Shown here in pieces: positions 23,801 to 35,393 of a stretch of 64,000 nucleotides of DNA. The notes beneath the pieces were generated by a model that saw only the letters and a program-made list of their open reading frames with translations, was not told the DNA's origin and searched no databases. Source of the stretch: Takakia lepidozioides (Eukaryota; Plantae; Bryophyta); NCBI GenBank assembly GCA_030704615.1, contig CM060734.1, positions 61,876,001 to 61,940,000 of the forward strand, read 5' to 3'. A program made the position numbers and the translations under genes. Position 1 is the stretch's first letter; every line of letters starts with the position of its first letter.

Positions 23801-26800
23801 GGAAGCTACCCTATTTGCTGCACACCCAGAGTGGGAGCAGGTTGCAGAGATGCGGCTGGAAAGCCTAAGTTGTTTGAGAGGTATCTGCTGTGGTGTAGTG
23901 ACAGCAACACCAACTGAAGAGGAAACTAGCAGTTACCCATCACATTTCTATGAAGAAAGAGAAGGAGAAATAGAAATCCTAGAAGAACCAGCCACTGTGA
24001 GCTTACAGGATGAAGTGGTGACTGGTTGGACAATCACAGCTGATGAGCAGGTGAGGGAAGTAAATGTGGGAACTAAAGAGGAACCGAGGATGGTGAAAGT
24101 AGGAGCTGATTTGGAGCCGGAATTCTTCGAAGAAGCTAAAAGCTTGTTCATCAAATACAGAGATGTATTTGCTTGGAGCTATGAGGATCTAAAAGGGATA
24201 CCACCTGAAGTCTGTCAGCATAAAATTGAACTAGAACCAGGGTCAGTACCAATCAAGCAGGCGAGGTATAGAATGAATCCCAACTACGCACAGAAGGTTG
24301 GAGAAGAGATAAAGAAGTTGGCTGAGGCTAAGTTTATATACCAAATAGAGTATACAACTTGGTTGTCACCCATTGTTATAGTTCCCAAGAAGAATGGCAA
24401 ACTAAGAGTATGTGTGAACTATAAGAAGCTGAATGCTTGTACGAAGAAAGATCCTTTCCCTTTGCCATTCACAGAAGCAGTATTAGACATTGTGGCAGGC
24501 CATGAGATGTACTCATTCATGGATGGCTTCAGTGGTTATAATCAAGTGCAAGTGGCAGAAGAAGACCAAGGGAAAACAACTTTCATCACAGACTGGGGGG
24601 CTTATGCATACAAAGTCATGCCCTTTGGACTTTGTAATGCACCAGCGACCTTTCAGAGAGTGATAAGTGAATCTTTTCATGAGTATCTGGATGATTTCAT
24701 ACAGGTATTCTTGGATGATTTCAGTGTGTACAGCTCTAAGAGTGAGCACTTGCATAAATTGGAGTTATGTTTGGCCAGATGCAGGATGAGAGGTCTGGGC
24801 CTGAATCCAGAGAAGTGTACTTTCTGTGTGAACTCAGGGGTGCTTCTGGGACACATTGTGTGTAAGAAGAGACTCCTTGTGGATCCCAGAAAGACAGAGT
24901 CCATTAAAGCCTCTCCACCACCAGTGAATGTTAAAAGTCTACGGAGATTCCTTGGGCAAACCAGTTATTACAGGAGATTTGTCAAAAGGTATGCACAAAT
25001 AGCAGCACCATTGAGCAAACTACTGAAGAAAGATGCAGTGTTTGCCTGGACAGCTGAATGTCAACAGGCATTTGAGGAACTTACACTGTCAGTAACAACT
25101 ACACCTGTGCTGATTAACCCTCACTGGCATGTAGTATTCCATGTTCACTGCGATGCATCAGGAGAAGCGTTGGGAGCGGTGTTAGCCCAGAATGTTACAG
25201 GGAATATAGATTCACCTGTGTACTATGCTAGCCGGTTGATGAACAGTGCTGAGAGGAACTATAGCACAACGGAAAGAGAAGCATTGGCAATGATCTATGC
25301 AGTGAAGAAATTCAGGCATTACCTGTTGGGCAAGAAGTTTATGTTCTATGTGGATCACCAGGCTTTGATATACCTGGTAAACAAACCTCTGATAAGCGGA
25401 AGAATAGCAAGATGGTTGATAATCTTGCACGAGTTTGAGTTCGAGGTTGTTTACAAGCCTGGGAGACTGCATCTTGTGGCGGATCATTTGTCACGATTGT
25501 CAACAGGAGAACCAACCACATGAATAGATGATCAATTACCAGATGCGAGTCTCTTTGCAGTGGAGGTGCAGGGAAGTGCAGATGACTGGTTAGATTGGCA
25601 GTGGCCAATCAGATACTACCTTGCTCATGGTCAGTGCCCACCTAGTTATGGTAAGGAGCAGAGGAAGAGAATCGCTATCAAAGCTTTACCTTATACTATG
25701 GTAGGAAGCAGAATGTATAAGTTAGGACCTGATGGAGTACTAAAACGATGCTTGTACCACCATGAAGTAAATAAAGTTTTGGCGGAAGTTCATAAAGGAG
25801 TGGCTGGAGGTCATTTTGGAGAAGAGACTACCAGTAGAAAGATACTACTCGCAGGATACTGGTGGCCTACTTTGTTCAAAGATGTACACGAGTATTGTCA
25901 GAAGTGTGATGAATGTCAGAGGCTAGGACCTTTGAAGAGATCTGGAAGGATGGCCTTGCATCCTACAATGCCTACGGAACCATTTCAGAAATGGGGACTA
26001 GATTTTGTTGGACCAATTAACCCACCATCCAAGAATACACGAAACAGGTACATAATTACAGCCACTGATTATACTACAAAGTGGGTGGAAGCTAAAGCTT
26101 TGAGGGACAACACAGCCAAGTCCACAGCAAGGTTCCTGTACGAGAACATACTTACACGATTTGGCTGTCCCTTAGAATTTATCAGTGATCAGGGAAGTCA
26201 CTTCATGAATGAGACCATTGAGTTGTTGACTAAAGAGTTTATGATTGTGCATAGAAAGAGTACAACATATTACCCACAGGGTAATGGGCAGGCAGAGGCT
26301 ACCAACAAAATACTATGTACTATCTTGGCTAAGATAGTCAATGCAAACAGAACGGATTGGGATACAAAGCTGCTGACAGCTTTGTGGTCATACAGGACTT
26401 CATATAAAGTCACCACTAAGTATACACCATTCCAATTAGTTTATGGTATGGAAGCCTTATTTCCAGTGGAATTCCTGTTACCTACCATGAGAACGGAGTG
26501 GGGAAAGAGAATGGAATTGCAAGACTCCATCAAGGTCAGGAAACATGAATTATACCATGTGGAAGAAGTACGTGCTGATGCAGCTGATAATATGACCAGA
26601 ATTCAGATGAAGCGAAAGGAACAGTTTGATGAAGGCAAGTTAAAGACTTTTAAGACGGGGGATTTGGTTCTATGGTTGCAGAAGAAAGGAAAGATTCAAG
26701 CTTCTAAGCTTAAATCACCATGGAAAGGACCTTATGTCATACAAAAGATGTATGATAACAACACCGCCATGTTACAAACCATTAACAAAGAAATGCTGGG

Positions 26801-27548
26801 AAGAGTCAATGCCAATAAGTTGAAGGGGTACAGTGGTATCCATGACAAACCCTTGCAGCATGATTTGCATGTTGAACCGCAAGAGCAGTCACGGGCTGCA
26901 CCAGTGTTACGAACGGAGTATGGAGCACTTGTCGCTAGGCCCAGCATATATGACCAGGACGGGCAAAACAAACGTGACACAGCCTATCACAGCCCATCAA
27001 GGCAAAGCACAGCCTATCACAGCCCATCACGACGTGACATAGCCTATCACAGCCCATCAAGGCAAAGCACAGCCTATCACAGCCCAGCACGGCGCAACAC
27101 AGTCTATCACAACCTACCACGGCGTGTCACAGCCTATCACAGCTTACCACAGTGCATCATAGCCTATCACAGTGTAACACAGTATGACACAGCCTGTCAC
27201 AGCTCAAGACAGCCTACTAAAGTTACACGATCCATAGAATCAGTGACAAGTGGACGCATAATAACTTCAGGAAAATGGCTGACGGAAGAGAAAACGGAAA
27301 TTACTTTAAAAATAGACACGTGGAGGTCAGGGCGCGACACACAGCCGAGAAGGAAGTGCAAGAACAGGTGTCAAAAAGAAAGAGGACAAGAACGGCCGTC
27401 AAAAGGGATGAAAGGCGGGCCCATTAATGAATACGGAAAAAGGGAAACGGAACGAACGGCAAGTACAGAAAAGCGGAATTCTTGTCACATGTGTGATCCT
27501 AGTGGACTATCCAACAGGGAAAGTCCACTAAAGAAAAAAAAAATCTAA
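20836..27548 (+). pseudogene. gag-pol polyprotein with stops and frameshifts
   Basis: Gag capsid (YSGKGDPDVH..RLFPCSL), three CCHC knuckles, protease LIDGGSGVNI, RT FLDDF, RNase H (CDASG, NYSTTERE), integrase HHCC/DDE and WKGPY. In-frame stops at ~21103, ~23780 and 25521; frameshifts at ~23110-23600. Confidence 0.95.
26976..27215 (+). repeat. 8 x 30-bp in-frame tandem repeat (TAYHSPSRQS-like) after integrase
   Basis: CACAGCCTATCACAGCCC units every 30 bp. Confidence 0.9.
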
Positions 27549-27612
27549 AATCCAGTCACAGCGGATACAGCCAATAGAAAACCAGAGAAAGGATCAAGAA
27601 AATGGAGGGAAA

Positions 27613-28419
27613 TTGAGCGCAAGAGGCGGCGTCGTTCTGAGTAACGGGCGTCTCGACGGGACAGACCATCAATGCTATAGCTTGGAAACTATGGAGGAAC
27701 TAACAGACTATACGCTCGCAATATTACTTACGCAGTGGCATAGACACGAAAGGACAGAGCGGAGCTTTTCTCTTGAGCGATGCTTGCAAGCCCCGCAGGC
27801 TTACAAGAAATTACCCATAGCTTTCTGCGGCAACCATACGTTTATGCTTTGTGCACTACAGGCATTCCTGCAGTTGTTACAGCCAAAACAGTTCTGTGAG
27901 TCTAAAATGAAGAGAGTGAGAGGAATGGAGGAAATCAGGGTGAAGAGCACCACAATTCTGCAGAAACAAACAATTGCTACCCCACAGGCGATACAGTTAC
28001 TGGAGGAGTTGAGATTGCAAGGATTGCAAAGCCTAGATTGGACATTACACCATAGACAGTACATGTTACAATTTTTGCAGAACTTTGAGCCAAGGGCAGG
28101 AACAACAACGGTGAAGGGAGTTGAATTGATGATTACTCCCCTATACCTCCAGCAATTGTTTCGATTGCCAGCAGGTCAGGTGCATGTGGAGGAACACAGG
28201 GCAAGACTGCAAATAGGGGATTTATTCCAAGAAGGGAGTTTTTTTAAAACTCAGGGTTATGCTTGTACCAAGGCTGTGTACCCAGGGCTAAAAGAGGTAG
28301 TGATCAACCATCTCCGTCAACCAGAGACAGACCTCGGGCTCGTACACACAGTCCGCCACGAAACTCTCAACGTCAAAAAGGTGCTCACTCACAAAGGTTT
28401 GCTAGTAGAAATCAGTTAA
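27613..28419 (+). CDS. Extra 3' ORF between pol and PPT (env-position; plant transposon accessory protein-like)
   Basis: 268-codon ORF with VKGVELMITPLYLQQLFRLP, which resembles the V.G..+.+.P..+...L.LP motif of plant retroelement accessory ORFs. Confidence 0.6.
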   Translation: MSARGGVVLSNGRLDGTDHQCYSLETMEELTDYTLAILLTQWHRHERTERSFSLERCLQAPQAYKKLPIAFCGNHTFMLCALQAFLQLLQPKQFCESKMKRVRGMEEIRVKSTTILQKQTIATPQAIQLLEELRLQGLQSLDWTLHHRQYMLQFLQNFEPRAGTTTVKGVELMITPLYLQQLFRLPAGQVHVEEHRARLQIGDLFQEGSFFKTQGYACTKAVYPGLKEVVINHLRQPETDLGLVHTVRHETLNVKKVLTHKGLLVEIS

Positions 28420-28439
28420 CCGTGAGGACACGGCTTTTT

Positions 28440-28453
28440 GAGGGGGGAAGGGG
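28440..28453 (+). promoter_or_regulatory. Polypurine tract
   Basis: GAGGGGGGAAGGGG, three bases before the 3' LTR. Confidence 0.9.
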
Positions 28454-28456
28454 TAA

Positions 28457-29440
28457 TGTTAGAGGATTGTCGGGGACTTAGACACTTATACGGGATATGT
28501 AGGGTACCCTTAATTTTTGCACAGACTGAGACCAACAGGAGCCTTAGGGGTGACAGCAGCGCACTGTAGAGGGGGGTTACACAGCCTGTCACAGTCGTCA
28601 CAGTCGTCACAGCCGACACAGCCAACATAGCCCGTCACAGTCGTCACAGTCGTCACAGTCGACACAGCCAACACAGCCCGTCACAGTCGTCACAGCAGAC
28701 ACACCCGGCACAGCCACACAGCCAGTCACAGCCCGACACAGCCAAACACAGTCGCACAGCCAGTCACAGCCCGTCATAGTTTCACACAGCCAGTCACAGC
28801 TTGACACAGCTGTCACGATCATAGGGAACAAAGAGTAGGACAGGGAACGACTATGGGGAACAACACCTGCGAAGGGAACATGTTAGTTCACAGACGACGG
28901 TTAGTGAGGGAAACGGTTAGAACCACGGATAGGAAGATAAAGGGAGAAACGGGGAATTGAGGGATATCATTCGGAGGAGGACTTCTTGGTCATGGAGGAG
29001 AGGGGATTGGGAAGAGATGAAGAACGGAAGTGAAGATAGAGAGATGATGAGTAGATGCTTGATATATGCAAGGCTGTAATGATATTGTAGAGCAGATTAG
29101 AGACACAATGGCTTCGGCCTGATACCTGATAAATCATAATCGGATACTTTTACGATACAATCACACTGTGTAGAGAGATCTGAGTGAAGCTGTGAAATGA
29201 ATGGATGAGTTGATGGAATCCAATAGATTGATAAAGCAAACTGATACTTAATTATCAATGATAAGATAGCTAACATGAATACCAAAAGGGAAACAAATAG
29301 GAAACACCCCCATGATACACTAGCTGTAGGTCATGACTGATTGTTCTGCGCGGGCTGAGTACTTAGAGATTTCCAACTCTTCTATCTTGGAGTTTCTGCC
29401 TCGAATAGCGAAGGGATGGGTGAGTAAAAGCTGCGCGACA
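28457..29440 (+). repeat. 3' LTR (984 bp)
   Basis: TGTTAGAGG...GCGACA; the length difference from the 5' LTR lies in the internal CACAG repeat tract. Confidence 0.97.
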
Positions 29441-29493
29441 ATCAGTTCAGGGGACCCTTTGTGGATCGCAACTTTGGGTCAGTGTAGGAAAAC

Positions 29494-32400
29494 ATGTCCA
29501 GGGAGGGAGATAGCCTCGCTCGATTTCATTCCAATGCAGGTAGTCTTCCACTGACTGCCACTGCAGATGACGATGGGTTTGCAGTTGTTCATGAGGATGA
29601 GCTGGTTACAGTGTTCCCTCTGGAATTGGGTTCTCTGCTTGTTCAAAAAGAGGTGTATGACGAGGATGGGAATTTGGATTCTGGGCACTTGGAGAGACCA
29701 TTGGTTGGCGAGTGTGGAAGGAAGTGGAGAGTCCTTCCAGGCACATATCGGGTCCTTGGAAAAGAGAGAAGACAATCAGCAGGATCAATAGTTACCCCTG
29801 GCACTCCAGCATCGGTCGTGCAGTAGAAAGGCACAGTTCATGTGAAACAAGAGGTGAGCACATCCACTACATTCATGACTCTTTCAGACTCATCCTCGGA
29901 GGATGTTTCTGAGATTCCTCCGCCAGTGCAGACTCCATTCTTGGATGATGACAAATTACAGGAGATAACAAGTGTCATTCCGAAATTGAAAGCCCTCGCA
30001 GGGGTGCCTGGGTGCAAGAGCGAGCTGCGTTTTGTTGATTGGGAGGCCTTTCGGGTGCAGCGGGTTCAATATGTGCCAGCAGAGTTTGATGGGGACATCT
30101 TGTTTGAGCTCAACCCTCCCACATCTTCCAGTGGACTAGCTGGGCTTCTGCAAAGCATGGACAAGAAACATGACGGACACCCTTCGTGAAGGACAAAAAC
30201 ATCGAACATCCACAACGACATTGGATTGCAATTTCGAAGGTCGGTTTGCGTTGGGCATTGCAAGTGCGTGATATTTCTTGCCCTCGCCTGAGAAACAGCG
30301 CTAAGCCAAACGAAAGTGAGTGGGAAGGTGTGCCCCTGAATCCTTTCACCCCAGGGCTTGCCCCTCCCAAGACCAATACTTTTGTGTGCAGGTTCTTGCA
30401 AATTTTCCCCGTCCTGTGTTTCTGTGTGCCACACTCGTATGTACCAGGTGGCACACCGATGCAAGACAATGACTCGTGCCTGCATTCATATGGGTACACA
30501 CGAGCATCCTGTGTCAAAAGGAAGTTGCAGGGATAGCGTGGACATCGCTAAAAATCTGCTGAAGCAGGAATTCCACAATGCCACTTGTGCAACACCTTGT
30601 GCTATAGCGCTTGCAGCTAGCAAGAGATTCCTGGAAAAATACATACTGGGTGAAGGGGATGCGACACAACCAATGCTGGATGCAGATTCGCTTGATGCAG
30701 TGATGGATCATTTCTCCGTGTTGAGCTCTCCCAAAATTTGAAACCAGGTGAATGCACTCAGAATGGGCACAGACAGTGCTGGATTCATGGACAACATTAT
30801 GGACCTCAAACGGAGGAGTCGCTATGAATTCATTCAAAACAGTATCTTCTCTGGCCAGAACGGGTGAAGGGTTGGACAACCATGACGTGCCATGTGTACG
30901 ATCCAGCGTGTGTTCTCCATAACAATTTGTGATATGCAGTCGGAGGACACTGAATCCCAGATGCTCATGTGGAATTCGCTCCTGGTCGTCATGCAGCGCA
31001 ATGGAATGCAGAACACAAATTTTGCGGGCTTCATGGCTGATAGTGCACAGGCAAATTTCAATATAGTGCGGCGCGTGTTTGGTTCGAGGGATCCTAAGGT
31101 CCCAATGGAAAATAGGGAGCACACATGCCTTTTCCATTGGAGTCAATCTCTGGCACGTCATACAAAGCGCTGCATTCGCCCTGACCTCCAGTTGGAGCAC
31201 AGAAGGCTCTGCCTCAAGTACAAAATTGCCACCTCAATGGGAGAAGCTGAGAGCACTTACCAAATAATCCGGGCTTGGTGGTTCTCCTCTGGTGCTGCTA
31301 CTGATATCCACCTGAAGGAGTTGGAGGACTGGTTGGTTTTCTGGCACTTCAGGTACAGACAGTGGGGAGTTTTCATGACGACAATAAGCCTCTTCAATCC
31401 CAGAAACACAAATTTCACTTTGCATCGTGCCTGCTCGTTTGGGGTTGTTGGATTGTCACTTGCAGAACCTCTTTCATTTCCTTTCGTTCCTCAAATTTGC
31501 ATGCAATGCCTCCTGCAGGACATGTCCTTGGAGGACTTGGCCGACATGCCATACTGTAATTTGGCGGAGACTGTTCACAATGCCTGGATGCAGCAGTCTA
31601 TCAAAGTAGGACGTGACTTGTATGTGGCCACTGCTGATGATATGGTGCGGGCACTTACACAACAAACCATGTACCGCAATTTTCTGATGGGACGGGGCGG
31701 AGGCAAGGGCCTTGATACGACTTTGTTGATGCTAAGGGCTGCGAGTAGGTCCGGAGACCTATCAAAGATGGCCAGAGCTCTGAACATGTGCACTGAAGGC
31801 TCCCATTTGCAATCCAGGGTCCCCTATTTGGAAGGCGAGGAAAGATTTGGATCATGCAAATGGAAATTGAATACTCCTCCAGGGTCGGATGGAGATTCCC
31901 ATCGGCCGGACAGGGTCAATTTCTCTATACCAAAGGTGTCTCCAGTGCAGACTAAGTCGTGTGCCCGCCCCTTCCCAGGTGGGTCCTCTTCCAGTGGAGC
32001 AGGTGCAGATCATGCAAGCACAACAACAGGAATCCCATTGGAGGAGGTGGTGTCCTTGGTGCATGAATCTGATTGCATTGACAGTGAGTGGCATATAGAA
32101 CGCACCCCACTAGGATCTAGAGCGGCTTGCATGGCAATTCGGACCCCCTCTTTCAAGAAATGCAAATCAAAAATATGCAAAGGCTCCAGGGGGACTCCAG
32201 CTCCAACATTCACAGGGTTGTTCCAACCTTATCATAGTGGGGAGTCAAAGGACCACAAGTTCTGGTTCTGCCCAGACAATATGGCACGATGTGTCAAGGG
32301 AACAGTTCGTCCTTCGGTGATAATGAAGCCTCCTCCCCCCGCAATTTGGCCTGTGAAACTTGGGACGTCGCTGTCATCAACCGAGATAAGCATGCTGGAG

Positions 32401-32931
32401 GAGGGAGGGTTCCGTCTTGCACAGTCCCGGGTGGTGCCCTCATGCACTATGGGCACAGATGTGCCACGTGCTCCGGCAATGCCTCCACCCGGTGCCGACT
32501 CCCACCCAACAAAAAAAGATGGAAAAACAGTGCGCTGTGTCGCTTTGGGTGCAGATCACGACTGCAAGATGAATCGGCTAGAATTTTGCAGGCTCGGGTG
32601 ACTCGTATCACCGAAGTCCCTGCCCCGGGGTATGGACGGATTTACACAGTGCTGTCTATTGGCTCAGTTCTTCATGGCAAAGAATATCAGGTTACCGTGG
32701 GGAATTTCCCTAAGTGCACTTGTCCGGATTTTGTAACGATGCGTGAGGGCGCTCTCGGCATGAGAGGGAAGTGGGTCCCCTGCAAGCATCAATAATTACA
32801 TATACCTTGTAATTATGTGCTACGACGGTAAGAGAGACCAATTCATTCACCAAGCTACACTAGGCTACGGAGAAGTCATCACCCTTCTGCAGCGGGACAC
32901 CTCACGTAGGGCTCCGCCAGATTCTCTTTGA
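29494..32931 (+). pseudogene. MULE transposase with GCM/WRKY-like N-terminal zinc domain and C-terminal SWIM finger, decayed
   Basis: MDKKHDGHP, SVCVGH and CIHMGTHEHP (GCM-like). GFMADSAQA, CLFHWSQS and CNLAETVHNAW (MULE DDE core). PKCTCPDF...WVPCKH (SWIM). Frameshifts and stops throughout. Confidence 0.85.
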
Positions 32932-34095
32932 ACACATACAAGCCATGCCCGCTTCCCATGCTGGTTTCCAGGTTATCGTGTGAAGACTTTGCATTTAGGA
33001 CAAACACATACATTTTGTTCACGGAACCAGGGCAAATGCACATGCCATTCATTGTAAGCGTCTATCTGTGAATTGAAATAAAGTGTGTTAATCATTCTGA
33101 GCTCAAATCTGCCATATTTTCATATTCCTCTTTTTGTGCAGGCATTGCAGACATGGTGTATGGTGGCCCCCTTTGTTTTGTCCACGGTAATAGGCCCTCT
33201 TCCTGCAATCCTCGCCTATAGGACCTGCTTCTCTAGCAGATTTGTGCTGCTCACAACTTGCAGCTACAACGTGAGCTCAGCTCCCAGGCTCACGGGACTG
33301 GGCTCACGCCGTAGCTACGCTGTAGATTAAGTATCAGTGCCTCTATGTGTCTTCATCCCCCATGAATAACTGACATTTTCATTCGACTTGTCACCCTTTT
33401 TAATTTCATCCTCCTCCATAGTCACCCTTTTGTCCCCCTTGCAGCCACCTTATTCATTTTATTCACTTTATCATCCAAACCACTTCACTAGTGAAAAAAA
33501 ACAAAAAAACAACAACATACTGAATAATTATTTTTTCCCCTCTCAAAAACTATTGTTGAGGTAATAAAGATAACAATATAGTGAACAATTATTTTTGACC
33601 TCCCTAAAAAATTATTGTTGAGGTAATTTTCTTTATAAAAAAAACATAATGTTTTTTAAAATAGATATTACCTCAACAAGCTCTATGACACATAAACTTG
33701 AAATTTGAACACATGGTCTTATGCCATCTAAGATATACCACCAAGCCACAAAGACCGATTGTGAAGGAAACTGATTACAAAGTATATATTCTAACTAGTA
33801 CAGTATATAATATACAAGGAACATTGTTGGCTCCATACCCTCCCCCAATGTACATGTGAATTGTGGCGATCCCTTATAGGTGTTGAGCCGAATCTGGCCC
33901 CTCCGTTCTACAAGCCCTCGCTCCAGGATGGCGACAAATGGCGAGTCCCTCTTGCAGACCTTTTGGCAAAAGATGGGCCCACCACATGAACTTTTGACGA
34001 AACCCATCTATTTTTTCCTTAACCTCATTCGCCAGGGCCCATTCAAAGTCGCAATTTGGTGATAAATCGCCAATAAAAGAATTGCTAGTCCCACG

Positions 34096-34327
34096 TCAAC
34101 AGACAACTCTAGAACTGTGATTTACGACTACATGGATGATGGCACTTACGACTGCAATGTGACAACTGATAGGGCTTTTTTCAGAGAGAGAGAGAGAAGA
34201 CTCCGGCCGAGGCCGGCGTAACTAAGAGCCAACTGATAGGGTTTTTTTTCACTTGGTAGTCATGAAGTCATAAATGGCTGATACTACTACAAAACAGCAG
34301 TCGTAAAAGCCAGAATTTGTTGTAGCG
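34096..34327 (+). mobile_element. Second CACTA-type terminus
   Basis: TTTGTTGTAGCG (34316-34327) followed by TCT. ACGACTAC/AGTCGTAA subterminal motifs like those at 3400-3750 and 8330-8410. Confidence 0.7.
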
Positions 34328-35393
34328 TCTCCAGGGTTTTAAGTTCTGGTTAGTAGCAGCAAAGAATACTACAACAACATTGTCGATAGTTTTTAGAATT
34401 GCAAAATTGGGAGCTTCGCAAGAGTGATCATGGCAAATCCGTTACATTCAGCTCTGCCACAACTTGCCATTGCGTGTATCTGTACTGTAAGTGCTTTAAT
34501 GCTCAATGGATTCGGCAACAGTGGCTGGCTATATTAGATAGATTGTGGGAGGTTGAGTGCAAATCAGTGTTGGGGTCCATTCTAGGCCATGCAAGCGATG
34601 GCGACAGCAGGAGGAGACAACTCATGCTAAAGGACTACATGAGCGGAGGTGACTCTCAAAACCGGCGATCTATTGTTTGGGAGCGGTGGAAGTTATCAAT
34701 TGCAATAAACGAGCACGGAGAGCCCACCGATATGCATGACCAAGATTTTTATACATAATGGTAAGAAAATGATAAACCCACTTCATTCACCAGTTATGAT
34801 CTTGTAGTTGGCATGGACATTTGCTGCATGGAGCATCTCGGTCTAGTATACAACAAATTCAAATTTGACGAACATGGATTAAAACTGGAAGATATCCAAT
34901 GAACTGACCAATAGAATTGGGCTACTGCTCAGCGGATATGCCAGCAGAAGGTCCAAATTAAGTTCTTGCAATTTATGTGTGAAAGGGAGTTGCATCAAGA
35001 AAGAACCCTTGGCACTGAGACTTATCTGTCAATCTGTGCTGATTACATATTGATATATTCCTTTCACCTACCTTGGATCTTAGGGGGAGGATTGTACTGG
35101 CTGCAAAAGTCTGTTTCTTCCTAAGACTTTGGAGACTGTGGATTAAGCACGACAATCACGCCATTGGTGGCAATACAGGGAACTTGACACTAGCAGACTC
35201 ATTCATCCAGTGTTTTATTGACGTGACATTATCTTGTCATTTTGTCGCGCTCCTGATTATTACATTCAAATACAAGTTTTCAAACTTGAGTGTCCCATTA
35301 TACCTAACAGGCTCTGATTCATGTAAGTTTTTTTTTTTTTCAAAGTTGGAGAAATGGTTGGTATGGAAAGACTCTCTCCAAAAACTGAGGTAG
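34328..35393 (+). pseudogene. C-terminal half of the P-element/THAP9-like transposase
   Basis: ILGHASDGDSRRRQLM, DMHDQDF..NGKKMINP, NWATAQRIC, FFLRLWRLWI and LTGSDSCK.FFSK motifs with stops and frameshifts. Confidence 0.7.

Larger units (their letters stand above)
19215..29440 (+). mobile_element. Full-length Ty3/Gypsy LTR retrotransposon (non-chromovirus type), coding region defective
   Basis: TG...CA LTRs, 5-bp TSD ATCAG (19210-19214 and 29441-29445), PBS, PPT, and domain order gag-PR-RT-RH-IN. Confidence 0.98.
8997..33322 (+). mobile_element. Giant MULE (Mutator-like, non-TIR/VANDAL-like architecture); ~13 kb after removing nested inserts
   Basis: 9-bp TSD TAGATTAAG at 8988-8996 and 33323-33331. 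Both ends have GCTA at positions 8-11 and CGTGAGCCCAG at position 15, with further CGTGAGC/GCTCACG copies inside. Encodes a MULE transposase. Confidence 0.85.
8435..34087. mobile_element. Non-autonomous hAT-like element (~1.3 kb of its own sequence) interrupted by the MULE
   Basis: Ends CAGTGTTTTTTT (8435) and TCGCCAATAAAAGAATTGCTA (34087) match the two ends of the 4627-4903 MITE. Degenerate 8-bp TSD GTTCTACG / GTCCCACG (two C/T differences). Confidence 0.6.

Noticed and set aside
26800-27548. Chromodomain at the integrase C-terminus
   Set aside because: No chromodomain motif; the tail is repeat-derived and low complexity.
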